A stretch of DNA of 64,000 nucleotides from Bacteroidetes bacterium RIFCSPLOWO2_12_FULL_37_12 (GTDB taxonomy: Bacteria; Bacteroidota; Bacteroidia; 2-12-FULL-37-12). A program made the translations under genes and the position numbers. The stretch is from positions 77,572-141,571 of the forward strand of contig MEPC01000024.1 in NCBI GenBank assembly GCA_001769655.1. The letters are read 5' to 3'. The notes under the pieces were generated by a model that made no database searches, was not told the origin of the DNA, and worked only from the letters and a program-made list of their open reading frames with translations. Below, piece after piece: positions 47,485-57,838 of the stretch. The stretch's first letter is position 1, and every line of letters starts with the position of its first letter.

Positions 47485-47548
47485 TAGTTATATGGTTATA
47501 TGGTTATATGGTTAAATGGTTAATTAATAATTATTGGATATTAAAATA

Positions 47549-50530
47549 ATGAAGAAGTATTGGCAAAGTTTAGAACAAATGCAACCAGATGTCAAAACAA
47601 ATGGTAGTGGAGAAGTTCCGGGATTTCCTGATCATCATGAGGAACTGCGTAGTGAAAATCTTCAAAATAGTGCACCTTCCAGAAGAGATTTTTTGAAGTG
47701 GTGTGGTTTTTCCATTACCTCATTTGCTGTGATTTCCGGTTGCGAAAAACCAATAAATGAGGCAATTCCTTTTTTAATCAAGCCGGTTGACATCACTCCC
47801 GGTTTAGCAAACCATTATGCCTCTTCTTATTTTGATGGTAGTGAATATTGCAGTGTATTAGTTAAAACGAGAGATGGAAGACCAATCAAAATTGAAGGGA
47901 ATGAACTTTCCGGACTGACAAAAGGTGGGACCAGTGCAAAAGTTCAGGCATCCGTTTTAAGTTTATATGATTCTGAACGATTAACTCATCCCATTAGCCA
48001 CAACCATACGGCAACCTGGGATGAAGTGGATAATGAAGTAAAAGCAAATCTTAGCGCCATTGCCAAACGTGGAGGAAAAATTGTTATACTTTCTTCAAGT
48101 ATTATAAGTCCTTCCACACAAAGTGTTATTAAAGATTTTATAGGGAAATACCCAACGGCAGAATTGATTAAGTATGATGCGATTTCTTTTTCGGCTACAT
48201 TGGATGCAAATAAAAAATCTTTCGGATTACAAGTGATCCCCGGTTATAGTTTTGATAAAGCGGAAATGATTGTAAGTTTTGGAGCAGATTTTCTGGGAAC
48301 ATGGCTTTCACCTGTTGAGTTCACAAAACAGTATGTCGTAAATAGAAAATTGGATAATGGCAGACAATCCATGTCAAAACACATTCAGTTTGAAACCGGT
48401 ATGTCGCTCACCGGAAGTAATGCTGACGAAAGAATTCCAATTAAACCATCCGAAGAAAAAATAATTCTTGGCAATTTGTATAATGAATTGGCAAAATTAG
48501 CCGGTGCAGATGCCATTAAAGTTCATACATCATCTCATAATGTCACAAAGTTGGCGGAAGAATTATGGTCTCATAGAAAAAAATCACTCGTTATTTCGGG
48601 AACCAATGATACGGTGACACAAACAATTATTAACGCAATCAATGTACTCCTTGAAAGTTATGGTAATACGATGGATTTGAATACTCCCATAAATCTCAGA
48701 CAAGCAATTGATCAGGAGATGATTTCATTAGTTGAGAATATGAATAATGGTAAAGTGGAAGCGCTACTTTTATACAACGTAAATCCGGTCTATGACTATC
48801 CGGATGCCACTAAATTTATAAACGGATTGTCAAAAGTTTTATTTACATTATCATTTTCAGATCGTTTGGATGAAAGTTCTTCGCTTGTAAAATATGTTTG
48901 CCCCGACAATCATTATTTGGAAAGTTGGAATGATGCTGAACCGAAAAATGGCTTTTTCAGTTTGACTCAACCCACCCTGCATACCTTATTTGCAACCCGT
49001 TCTGCTCAGGATAGTATTTTGAAATGGGCTGAAATTGATATAAGCCATTATAACTATATTAAAGAATACTGGAAAAAAAATATTTTTCCGTTGCAAACAT
49101 CAATCACTGACTTTGAACATTTCTGGGTAAAGAGTTTACAGGAAGGTGTTTTTGAATCTCATTCCGCACCGGTTTCACAACCTGCTTATATAAGTCAAGG
49201 GTTCAAAGATGCATCTTTAGAGTTGGAAAAACCGGTAGAGTCGGCTGAAGGAATTGAATTGGAGGTATATGAAAACATCGGTATAGGAAATGGAAAGCAT
49301 GCCAATAATCCATGGTTGCAGGAATTACCTGATCCAATTTCTAAGGTGAGTTGGGATAATTATGTAGCTGTGTCGCCAAAATTTGCAAGCGAACAGGGTT
49401 TGGAGAATGGCACAGTTGTAAAAATTGGGAATAAAAATAAACAATTGGAATTGCCGGTTTTTGTGCAACCCGGTCAGGCACAAGGAACCATATCCATTGC
49501 ATTGGGTTATGGAAGAACAGCCGGCGGAAAAGTGGCGGCAGGTCTTGGCGCTAACGCATATTCGTTGTTGGAAGTAAAGCAAGGGAATATTCAATACAAA
49601 ATAAAAGGAATAAAAATTGACAAAACAGATAAGCATCACTCATTAGCGCTAAGTCAAACTCATAACCTGATGGAAGGACGTGCTATTGTTAAAGAAACAA
49701 CATTAGCAAGCTATATTGAAAATCCTTCCTCTGGGAATGAAGATCGGAAAAAAATAATGGAGGAGTCAGTTACTTTATATGATAAATTGGAACACAAAGG
49801 ATTACGGTGGGGAATGTCTATTGATTTGAATGCATGTACGGGTTGTGGTAATTGTGTCATCGCTTGTCAGGCAGAGAATAATGTTCCTGTGGTTGGAAAA
49901 GAAGAAGTGGAACGCAGACGCATCATGCACTGGTTAAGTATTAACAGATATTTTTCCGATAGTCCGGATAATCCTCAAACAGTACATCAACCGATGTTAT
50001 GCCAACATTGCGAAAATGCTCCCTGTGAAAATGTTTGTCCTGTTTCAGCAACCATGCATAGTTCGGAAGGACTCAATCAAATGGCATATAACCGCTGTGT
50101 GGGTACACGCTATTGCATGAATAATTGTCCTTATAAAGTTCGCCGGTTTAATTGGTTTGAATATGTTGACAACGATAATTTTGATTATCATTTGAATAAT
50201 AAACTCGGAAAAATGGTGCTCAATCCTGATGTAACGGTACGCTCACGTGGGGTGGTTGAGAAATGTTCTTTTTGTATTCAACGGATTCAGGAAGGAAAAT
50301 TAAAAGCGAAGTTGGAAAACCGCGAATTAAAGGACTACGAAATACAAACGGCTTGCATGAGTTCTTGCCCGGCAAATGCCATTGTTTTTGGAAATTTAAA
50401 CGATAAAGATAGTGCTGTGTCACAGCTAATCAAAGATGATCGGAATTATAATGTGCTGGAAGAATTACACATATTGCCCTCTATTGGTTATCTAACGAAG
50501 GTCAGGAATACGGAGGGGAAGGAGGTATAA
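47549..50530 (+). CDS. actB: Alternative complex III subunit ActB (TAT-exported molybdopterin-oxidoreductase-like plus Fe-S)
   Basis: KKYWQSL, SRRDFLK TAT motif, GRPIKIEGN, ANNPWLQELPDP, CTGCGNC, CQHCENAPCENVC, CVGTRYC, EKCSFC. Confidence 0.93.
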   Translation: MKKYWQSLEQMQPDVKTNGSGEVPGFPDHHEELRSENLQNSAPSRRDFLKWCGFSITSFAVISGCEKPINEAIPFLIKPVDITPGLANHYASSYFDGSEYCSVLVKTRDGRPIKIEGNELSGLTKGGTSAKVQASVLSLYDSERLTHPISHNHTATWDEVDNEVKANLSAIAKRGGKIVILSSSIISPSTQSVIKDFIGKYPTAELIKYDAISFSATLDANKKSFGLQVIPGYSFDKAEMIVSFGADFLGTWLSPVEFTKQYVVNRKLDNGRQSMSKHIQFETGMSLTGSNADERIPIKPSEEKIILGNLYNELAKLAGADAIKVHTSSHNVTKLAEELWSHRKKSLVISGTNDTVTQTIINAINVLLESYGNTMDLNTPINLRQAIDQEMISLVENMNNGKVEALLLYNVNPVYDYPDATKFINGLSKVLFTLSFSDRLDESSSLVKYVCPDNHYLESWNDAEPKNGFFSLTQPTLHTLFATRSAQDSILKWAEIDISHYNYIKEYWKKNIFPLQTSITDFEHFWVKSLQEGVFESHSAPVSQPAYISQGFKDASLELEKPVESAEGIELEVYENIGIGNGKHANNPWLQELPDPISKVSWDNYVAVSPKFASEQGLENGTVVKIGNKNKQLELPVFVQPGQAQGTISIALGYGRTAGGKVAAGLGANAYSLLEVKQGNIQYKIKGIKIDKTDKHHSLALSQTHNLMEGRAIVKETTLASYIENPSSGNEDRKKIMEESVTLYDKLEHKGLRWGMSIDLNACTGCGNCVIACQAENNVPVVGKEEVERRRIMHWLSINRYFSDSPDNPQTVHQPMLCQHCENAPCENVCPVSATMHSSEGLNQMAYNRCVGTRYCMNNCPYKVRRFNWFEYVDNDNFDYHLNNKLGKMVLNPDVTVRSRGVVEKCSFCIQRIQEGKLKAKLENRELKDYEIQTACMSSCPANAIVFGNLNDKDSAVSQLIKDDRNYNVLEELHILPSIGYLTKVRNTEGKEV

Positions 50531-50718
50531 AGAAAAAAACATAAAACACAAAACAAGAAATGAAAAATGTATAAGTATGAATGCATTTATGTAAACAGTC
50601 ACAAAAATATAGATAGGGAACCACTTAGTCATTTATTGTTATGTGTTTTATGTTATATGTTAATCATTTTTATTAAACCTGAGTACCGTTGTTGTGATAA
50701 AAATTAATAGATACAATT

Positions 50719-52086
50719 ATGTATGAGTCACCCATCAGAGACCCTTTAGTAACAGGAGGGAAGGACTATCACCAGATATCAGAAGATATATGTGCTCCAT
50801 TAGAGGCGCGTAAATTTTCCAAGATGTGGTATTTTATTTTATGGCTTAGCATTTCAGCCATGTGTTTTGGAGGTTGGGCGCTTTATATTACCATCACACA
50901 AGGTATTGGTGCATGGGGAGTAAACAATACAGTTTGCTGGGGCTGGGGAATTATCAATTTTGTTTGGTGGATAGGAATAGGACATGCGGGTACTGCCTTT
51001 TCAATTTTTCTACTCGTGCTACGGCAAAGATGGAGGACATCCATTAACCGTTCTGCAGAAGCAATGACTGTGTTTGCAATTCTGTGTGCATCATTGTATC
51101 CCATTGCGCACATGGGAAGAATTTGGGTGTGCTATTTTGTTTTCCCTTACCCGAATGCAAGAGGTCCCCTGTGGGTAAATTTTAATTCTCCGTTGTTATG
51201 GGATGTTTTTGCAATAGGAACGTATGTGCTTGCATCCTCTACATTCTGGTACTTGGGAATGCTTCCGGATTTTGCTACCATCCGGGATCGTGCCACTACA
51301 AAGATTCGGAAATCAATTTACGGATTTCTTAGTTTCGGTTGGGATGGTTCCGCAAGAACCTGGTTACGTTTTGAATCGCTTTCCTCAATTTTAGCCGGAC
51401 TTGCCGCCGCGTTGGTGGTTTCGGTGCATTCTATCATCTCAATGGATTTTGCTACTTCCGTAATCTACGGATGGCATACTACCATCTTTCCACCCTATTT
51501 TGTAGTAGGCGCTATTTTTTCAGGATTTGCAATGGTGCTAACGTTGATGATTATTGTACGAAGAGCGTTTAATTTTCAAGATTATGTGACTAATTCTCAT
51601 CTGAACGCAATCACAAAAATTTTGGTATTTATCAGTTTGATTATGGGTACAGGATATACCACGGAGATTTTTCTATCCTGGTATTCAGGGAATGAATATG
51701 AATTTTTCGTATTTTTTCATAACCGGATTTCAGGTGACTACGCACTCCCTTATTGGACAATGATCGTATGTAATGCCATCATTCCGCAATTATTCTGGTT
51801 TAAGAAAATCAGAAAGAATCTAACGATTGTATTTATTATTTCATTAATAATAAATATCGGGATGTGGTTCGAAAGATTTGTTATCGTAGTCACCTCACTT
51901 TCTAAAGATTATCTTCCCGCAAATTGGTGGGAATATAAACCCACCGTTGTGGAAATGGGTATTTTTATCGGAACACTTGGATTTTTTGTCTTTGGTCTCT
52001 TATTATTTTTGAGATACTTGCCGGTGATTGCCATCAGTGAAGTGAAGGGGGTTTTAAAACCTGGTAAAAAACCGGAGGGACATTAA
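50719..52086 (+). CDS. actC: Alternative complex III subunit ActC (NrfD/PsrC family)
   Basis: NFVWWIGIGHAGT, INRSAEAMT, HMGR, NFNSPLLWD, SVHSIISMDFA, WHTTIFPPYFVVGAIFSG, GMWFERF. Confidence 0.95.
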   Translation: MYESPIRDPLVTGGKDYHQISEDICAPLEARKFSKMWYFILWLSISAMCFGGWALYITITQGIGAWGVNNTVCWGWGIINFVWWIGIGHAGTAFSIFLLVLRQRWRTSINRSAEAMTVFAILCASLYPIAHMGRIWVCYFVFPYPNARGPLWVNFNSPLLWDVFAIGTYVLASSTFWYLGMLPDFATIRDRATTKIRKSIYGFLSFGWDGSARTWLRFESLSSILAGLAAALVVSVHSIISMDFATSVIYGWHTTIFPPYFVVGAIFSGFAMVLTLMIIVRRAFNFQDYVTNSHLNAITKILVFISLIMGTGYTTEIFLSWYSGNEYEFFVFFHNRISGDYALPYWTMIVCNAIIPQLFWFKKIRKNLTIVFIISLIINIGMWFERFVIVVTSLSKDYLPANWWEYKPTVVEMGIFIGTLGFFVFGLLLFLRYLPVIAISEVKGVLKPGKKPEGH

Positions 52087-52136
52087 AAAAAGGTATGGGG
52101 GTATAGGGGTATAGATGTATATAACTGGAAAAAAAC

Positions 52137-52661
52137 ATGAACAAAAAATATATCATAGGGATTTTTAAAGAAGAAGAAAATTTAATTTCTGCGCTAAAAA
52201 AGATCCGCGCCGGAAACATCACCATAAAGGATGTTTACATGCCCTATCCTGTACATGGTGTTTTTGAAGCGGCGGGTATTAAAAATACAAGATTACCGAT
52301 TGCGGCAATTTGTTTTGGTATTCTGGGTTTGACCCTTTCCTTTATTTTTGTTTACTGGAGTTCCGCGATTAGTTATCCTTTGATTTACGGAGGAAAACCG
52401 CATTTTTCAATTTTATCATTCGTCATCATTGGTTTTTTATTGACTATTAACATTGGTTCATTCCTAAGTGTCATCACATTTTTTTTGCGGGTTAAATTAT
52501 TCCCAGGTAAAAAAAACAAGGTGATTGATTACCGTGTCACCGACAATCGATTTGCAATTGTTACAGAAATAAAAGAGGATGTTTCTTCCGATGAAATTCG
52601 CATTACGAAGTTATTAATGGAAGAAAACGGAGCGGAAGAAATAAATGAACGTAGTATTTAA
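52137..52661 (+). CDS. actD: Alternative complex III subunit ActD (DUF3341)
   Basis: YMPYPVHG, YPLIYGGKP, two TM helices, GAEEI; position in operon. Confidence 0.9.
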   Translation: MNKKYIIGIFKEEENLISALKKIRAGNITIKDVYMPYPVHGVFEAAGIKNTRLPIAAICFGILGLTLSFIFVYWSSAISYPLIYGGKPHFSILSFVIIGFLLTINIGSFLSVITFFLRVKLFPGKKNKVIDYRVTDNRFAIVTEIKEDVSSDEIRITKLLMEENGAEEINERSI

Positions 52662-52762
52662 ATAGTTTTAAATGTAATCGTAGGGAAAGACCTATGTGTC
52701 TTTTCTAAACCACGTTTTAAGTTTTAACAACTCTGTACACCATATTTATAGTCATAGTAATT

Positions 52763-53380
52763 ATGAAAATCAATTTTCCCATAGTTTATTTTGCATTTTT
52801 TTTGCTGATTGGTTACTCCTTCACGGGTTGTGAACCTGACAGAAAAAAGCCCGGTTACGATTACTTTCCTGATATGGTTTATTCAAAAGCGTACGAAACG
52901 TATCAGGCGAATCCTAATTATTCCGATGGTAAAACAGTTCAAAATCCGGTAGAAGGAACTATATCCCGTGAAATGATCCCATATCAATATCCCAAAACAG
53001 AAGAGGGTATGAAAAAAGCGGGCATTGAACTTACTATTCCTAAAAATTTAGTAGAGGTTAATCCGGAACGAGGAAAAAGAGAATATGAAATTTTTTGTGG
53101 AATCTGTCATGGTAGTGATGGAAAGGGAGAGGGAATTTTATACAAAAGTGGAAAATACCCGACCGAACCGGCATCTCTTGTTTCCCAGGATATGATTGAA
53201 AAACCTGATGGAGAGGTCTTTCATGTAATCACTGTTGGTTCCGCTATCATGCAAGCACATGCCTCACAAATCAAAGAAGAAGATAGATGGAAAATTATTT
53301 TATATATCAAAAATGTGCTTCAAAAAGATAATAAAAAGCGGTTAGATAGTTTGGCGAGTGTCAAGAAAGTTACAAAATAA
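52763..53380 (+). CDS. actE: Alternative complex III subunit ActE (monoheme cytochrome c lipoprotein)
   Basis: Lipobox FTGC; YFPDMVYS.AYE; PVEGTI; CGICHG; DRWKI. Confidence 0.9.
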   Translation: MKINFPIVYFAFFLLIGYSFTGCEPDRKKPGYDYFPDMVYSKAYETYQANPNYSDGKTVQNPVEGTISREMIPYQYPKTEEGMKKAGIELTIPKNLVEVNPERGKREYEIFCGICHGSDGKGEGILYKSGKYPTEPASLVSQDMIEKPDGEVFHVITVGSAIMQAHASQIKEEDRWKIILYIKNVLQKDNKKRLDSLASVKKVTK

Positions 53381-53391
53381 AAAAGTCAGCA

Positions 53392-54552
53392 ATGGAAGAA
53401 CAATATACAATATCTGAGAAACTCAAGAAGATCACCTACGTTCTTATGGGCATTGGAGCGCTTACTTTTAGTGTGGGTCTCTTTTTAAATCCAGCGCAAT
53501 CATGGGCTAATTTTCTTCTGAACAATTACTATTTTTTGTCACTTTCAATAGGAGCTATATTTTTTATTGCCATTCAATACATTACACAATCCGGTTGGTC
53601 AGCTATGTTTAAAAGAATACCCGAGGCAATGGGTGGGTATTTTCCCGTAGCGGCGGTGGCTATGCTTATTTTAATGCTCGGCTCTCACTCTATTTATCAT
53701 TGGACTCATAGCGAACAACTCGCTGATGACACGGCAGTGGCACATAAATTAAATTACTTTACTATTCCTTTTTTTATTATCCGGATCATACTCTTTTTTG
53801 CCGCCTGGATTTATTTATTTTCATTACTCAGAAAAGAATCTATCAAAGAGGATTTAAACGGTGGTTTGGAGTCATTTCATAAAAGTGAATTTTATTCCAA
53901 AGTATTTATTTTTGTTCTTGCCCTCACTTTTTCATTAGGAACAATAGATTGGATTATGTCTATAGATATTCACTGGTATAGTACTATTTTTGCCGTTACT
54001 AATCTGGTGAGCGCTTTTTATCATGCATCCGCTTTCATTACGTTGGTTGTCATTTTACTAAACGAAAAAGGATTTTTTAAATTTCTTAATAAAGATCATT
54101 TACACGATTTTTCAAAATACATTTACATCCTAGGTATTATTTGGGTTTATTTCTGGTTTTCACAATATTTGCTGATGTGGTATGCAAATATTCCTGAGGA
54201 AACAATATATTATGTGAAGAGAGTGCAAGGTAATTGGAAAATTTTATTCTATTTGAATATACTATTAAATTGGGCAATTCCCTTTATTGTACTCCTTCCC
54301 AATAAAGCATGTAAAAACAAAACTGTACTGAAAACAATCTGCTTGATTCTGATTATAGGACAATGGGTTGACTTATATTTGCAAATTATGCCTGGATCTG
54401 TCGGGGAATTTCATTTGGGTATTATTGAATTAGGTATGTTCCTTGGTTTTCTTGGTTTATTCATTTTCATCTTTGCAAAAACCTTGCGTAAAGCATCTCT
54501 CATTCCTAAGAATCATCCCTACCTTGAGGAAAGTATGTATCATCATATCTAA
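53392..54552 (+). CDS. actF: Alternative complex III subunit ActF
   Basis: GWS...RIPEA, DWIMSID.HWYST, HLHD, FSQYLLMWYANIPEET, HPYLEES. Confidence 0.92.
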   Translation: MEEQYTISEKLKKITYVLMGIGALTFSVGLFLNPAQSWANFLLNNYYFLSLSIGAIFFIAIQYITQSGWSAMFKRIPEAMGGYFPVAAVAMLILMLGSHSIYHWTHSEQLADDTAVAHKLNYFTIPFFIIRIILFFAAWIYLFSLLRKESIKEDLNGGLESFHKSEFYSKVFIFVLALTFSLGTIDWIMSIDIHWYSTIFAVTNLVSAFYHASAFITLVVILLNEKGFFKFLNKDHLHDFSKYIYILGIIWVYFWFSQYLLMWYANIPEETIYYVKRVQGNWKILFYLNILLNWAIPFIVLLPNKACKNKTVLKTICLILIIGQWVDLYLQIMPGSVGEFHLGIIELGMFLGFLGLFIFIFAKTLRKASLIPKNHPYLEESMYHHI

Positions 54553-54598
54553 CGTTGATTTTGCTTCCGAATCTGCAATATCCACAAGGGTATTGCTC

Positions 54599-56791
54599 TT
54601 AAAACTTATACCTCAACTGCAAAATTATTTCCGAACGGTTATTACCCGCACTTAATTCATTCCCGCTTCCTACGATCTTTCTGTCACGATAGCTGAATAA
54701 TGCATATCGTCCCCAGAAATCAAGATTTTTTATTATCCGCGTCCGTAATAAAAAGTAGGTTCTCAACCCGGTGCCGGAAACGGTAGGCGTGCTGAATGCA
54801 TACAATACATTTTTTTCATACGAATAAATCCGGTTGTTGAAATCGGGAATGTCAAATAAGGCACAACGGGTCCCGAATGTAAACCGGTTTATTTCAAAAT
54901 TAAAATCCTGAACAAGCATGTAGCCATAAGTAGTGACACTAAACAAACGGGAGTAATCATTCAACTCGATACGTGATGCCATGGAAATCTGATTTTCGGG
55001 CGAACCCGGAAGTTTATAATTATAATGCAGACGGTAGCTGTTTTTAATAGCAGGCGAAAGATAATCTAAGTAAGCCAATTCATCGCTTGTGTTGTTGAGC
55101 TTGTTTTCATATTTAAATTGAAAATACACATTATTATGTTTACTGGGTGTGTAAGTAATCTTGGTAAGAAATTCCTTTCCTCCCGAAGGACCGTCTATCT
55201 GGTATTTCAACCATGGGAAATCGAAAATATCAAAGTAGCAACTCCAGACCCATCTTTTATTGGGAGTAATTTTTATACCCCAGTAGGTTCCTTTTTCATT
55301 GATAGGGCGGGAACTTTCAGCAAAAGGATTACCGAAGATTGAATGAAAATCTTTGGAATAGTTACGGTAAACATAAGCAAATTCAACTTGCTTTGACAAG
55401 CTGGCAATAAGACCATAAATCTGACCGGTGCCACCGCTGTCAGAGCGTGCCGCTTCACCGAAAAAATTAAAATTTCTCCAGATGATAGTAAAATCAGCGC
55501 CAAATACCTCATTGGTATTTCCGGTGAATTCGAAATAATTGTAAGGATAAGGTGACTTTTTGAAATTAACCGGTTTTAATGAATCAGAATCCATATAATT
55601 AGTACGTGTCCAAGTAGCACCCGCTTGCCACAATCCGGAGGGTGCATTGTAACTGGCATGCGAGCCCATGGTTTGTGTAATAACAGTGTTTCTGCTTAAT
55701 AGCTCATTTTTTGTTCGATGAAAACCTTGTTCTTCAAACCGGCTAATAAATGCTTCTTCCTGATTCAACGAATCTTTAACTGTTTTAATATCCGCATCAA
55801 CATTTAACCAGGAGTAATATGCAGATATATCAAAGAATTTTAATAAGGAATAAGTGACAGCGCCACCTCTCAGAAATCCCCCTTCGATGACAGAGGAATA
55901 GGGTCTGATACCTGAACCGGGCTTACGCGCAGTCGTAATGGTTTCGGCTCCTTTTCCCATGGTAAATCCGGTATTCATCACCAAACCCTGACCAAATTGA
56001 AGTTGATAGTCACCGAGAGCAATGGTTTTAAACTTTCCTTTATTATACAGTTGAAAATGCCCTGAATAATAATCCATGCCGTATCTGCTTGAATCGGGAT
56101 TCCATGCAAACGCTTCACCGGCATCTTTTTCGGCTACCAGTCCCAAACTAAAATCTTTCGTGTGAGAAATACTAACGCGACTGTATAATTTGAATTGATC
56201 TCCCTGATAAGGGTCTTTTGACACAAAAGTATCTTGACCGGAAATCACAGTTTCATAGCCAACTTGTGGCTCAATTAACTGTTGGTATCTAACCATCACC
56301 CAACTGTTATCTTCGTGTGCGATTCTCTGAAAAAGATTTTGGCCGCCTACATTTATTCCAACATCGGTGGCATTTACAAAAGGAAGTAACCGGTAAATAG
56401 TATTCAAATCAAATTCCGGAATGGACTGTAATTCATACACACTTAATAAGTTGCCGAATTTCCCACGGTATTGAAAAAAAGAATTTAATTGCGATTCATT
56501 GAGAATGAAAAGAGATGCTAATTCATCCCGGTCTGTTTTATTCAGGTCAATGGGATTCTGAAGAAAATCCTGAAGACGGTCAAAGAGTTGGCTGTAATCA
56601 ATGGTTTGGTCAGATTCCTGTGTGAGGTCTTCTATGAAGTCGTTCAGGTCAATTTCGGGACGGGGTGGGGTTTGGGCTTTGAGAGGGTGGGATATGATAA
56701 ACGATGAAATAAAAATTGCAAAATAAAAAAGTATGTAACGCTTATAAGAAACGTTATAGGATATTAAATTTGGAAGAATGAAAAAATTCAT
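54599..56791 (-). CDS. Helix-hairpin-helix (ComEA-like) domain fused to a probable outer-membrane barrel
   Basis: PIDLN...EL...YRGKFG.LLSVYELQSIPEFD HhH motif; EKDAGE, GDYQLQFGQGL; ends QLRYKF; start uncertain (track 56857). Confidence 0.8.
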   Translation of the reverse strand: MNFFILPNLISYNVSYKRYILFYFAIFISSFIISHPLKAQTPPRPEIDLNDFIEDLTQESDQTIDYSQLFDRLQDFLQNPIDLNKTDRDELASLFILNESQLNSFFQYRGKFGNLLSVYELQSIPEFDLNTIYRLLPFVNATDVGINVGGQNLFQRIAHEDNSWVMVRYQQLIEPQVGYETVISGQDTFVSKDPYQGDQFKLYSRVSISHTKDFSLGLVAEKDAGEAFAWNPDSSRYGMDYYSGHFQLYNKGKFKTIALGDYQLQFGQGLVMNTGFTMGKGAETITTARKPGSGIRPYSSVIEGGFLRGGAVTYSLLKFFDISAYYSWLNVDADIKTVKDSLNQEEAFISRFEEQGFHRTKNELLSRNTVITQTMGSHASYNAPSGLWQAGATWTRTNYMDSDSLKPVNFKKSPYPYNYFEFTGNTNEVFGADFTIIWRNFNFFGEAARSDSGGTGQIYGLIASLSKQVEFAYVYRNYSKDFHSIFGNPFAESSRPINEKGTYWGIKITPNKRWVWSCYFDIFDFPWLKYQIDGPSGGKEFLTKITYTPSKHNNVYFQFKYENKLNNTSDELAYLDYLSPAIKNSYRLHYNYKLPGSPENQISMASRIELNDYSRLFSVTTYGYMLVQDFNFEINRFTFGTRCALFDIPDFNNRIYSYEKNVLYAFSTPTVSGTGLRTYFLLRTRIIKNLDFWGRYALFSYRDRKIVGSGNELSAGNNRSEIILQLRYKF

Positions 56792-56847
56792 TTTTAAGTT
56801 GAAATTGAATTTGTTTATAGAATCAGAAGTGGGATATGTTGATTTGT

Positions 56848-56875
56848 GTAGAGACACGGTGCACCGTGTCTCTAC
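56848..56875. repeat. Perfect 28-bp GTAG REP-like palindrome
   Basis: gtagagacacggtgcaccgtgtctctac. Confidence 0.88.
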
Positions 56876-57759
56876 TCGTGCTCTCCACCAGTTTTTTTAT
56901 CCTGAAACAATGTACCGAACCGTAAGCTTACAGAAGCATGGTGTGAAATACCCAGTTTGTCATGAACATTCAGGGCATAGTCCAACTGGAACATTTTCAA
57001 AATAATGCCGATACCGTAATATCCCATTTCTGGCTGTGTGGATATTCCTGTACGAAGTGCCAATGCTGAAATAATTTTGTATTCGATACCTGCTTTGTAA
57101 TTAGAGGGATGGTCTAAATCCTTTTCAGCTTCTACCGAAATAATTAATTTATCAATAGGGGTATAAGCCACACCGGAACGGATGATAGTGGGAATATATT
57201 CATTAAGATTTAAGGTTTCATAATAAGCGAGTTTAGTTTGTGAGAAATTATAAACCTGTGCACCCACGATAATTTTTTTGATAAACACGGTAGAAATTCC
57301 GAATTCAAATACAGTGGAATTTTTCGTTTGCATTCCTTCCCCTTGTTCTGAGAGATTAACGTTGGTTTGTAGAAAATCGGCAACAAATCCGAAACGGATA
57401 CCTGCAACATTTCTGGCATATCCTATTCCGATTTTCTGGTCGTTATATCTTTTATCGCCGAATCGTTGATAAGAAAGTGAAAAATTTCCAAGTAAAGGGT
57501 GCGGGAAAATAAAAGCGGATGCCTGGGTAGTAAGTTCAGGTAATCCAAAACGATTTTCATAAAAATAAGCGCCGCTGATTTGAGTTAAATCCGCCGTAGT
57601 TCCTATGTTATTGAATGCCGCCCACTCATCACTAAGTGTCACTGAGGTATTCCCCATACCCCAGGAACGTGCGCCGATGGGGAAATTTTCGTTTGCGGCA
57701 AAAAACTTTGTTGAAAAATAAAATAATAAAGCGAGGGTCAGAAAGGGTTTTTTAAACAT
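56872..57759 (-). CDS. PorV/PorQ-like (FadL-type) outer-membrane barrel protein
   Basis: Signal peptide; GARSWGMG...FNN motif; ALRTG, DYA...LGISH. Confidence 0.6.
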   Translation of the reverse strand: MFKKPFLTLALLFYFSTKFFAANENFPIGARSWGMGNTSVTLSDEWAAFNNIGTTADLTQISGAYFYENRFGLPELTTQASAFIFPHPLLGNFSLSYQRFGDKRYNDQKIGIGYARNVAGIRFGFVADFLQTNVNLSEQGEGMQTKNSTVFEFGISTVFIKKIIVGAQVYNFSQTKLAYYETLNLNEYIPTIIRSGVAYTPIDKLIISVEAEKDLDHPSNYKAGIEYKIISALALRTGISTQPEMGYYGIGIILKMFQLDYALNVHDKLGISHHASVSLRFGTLFQDKKTGGEHE

Positions 57760-57838
57760 GTTGAAAAGGGTAAGTAAGTATTTGAAACAGTATAAAATTT
57801 ACTGAATTGATGCCGGTATTTTTAAAATTTATTATCCT

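Noticed and set aside
47549..50530. ActB as a catalytic molybdoenzyme linked to moaCB
   Set aside because: Context is a canonical act operon; characterised ActB lacks the molybdenum cofactor, and moaCB is over 20 kb away
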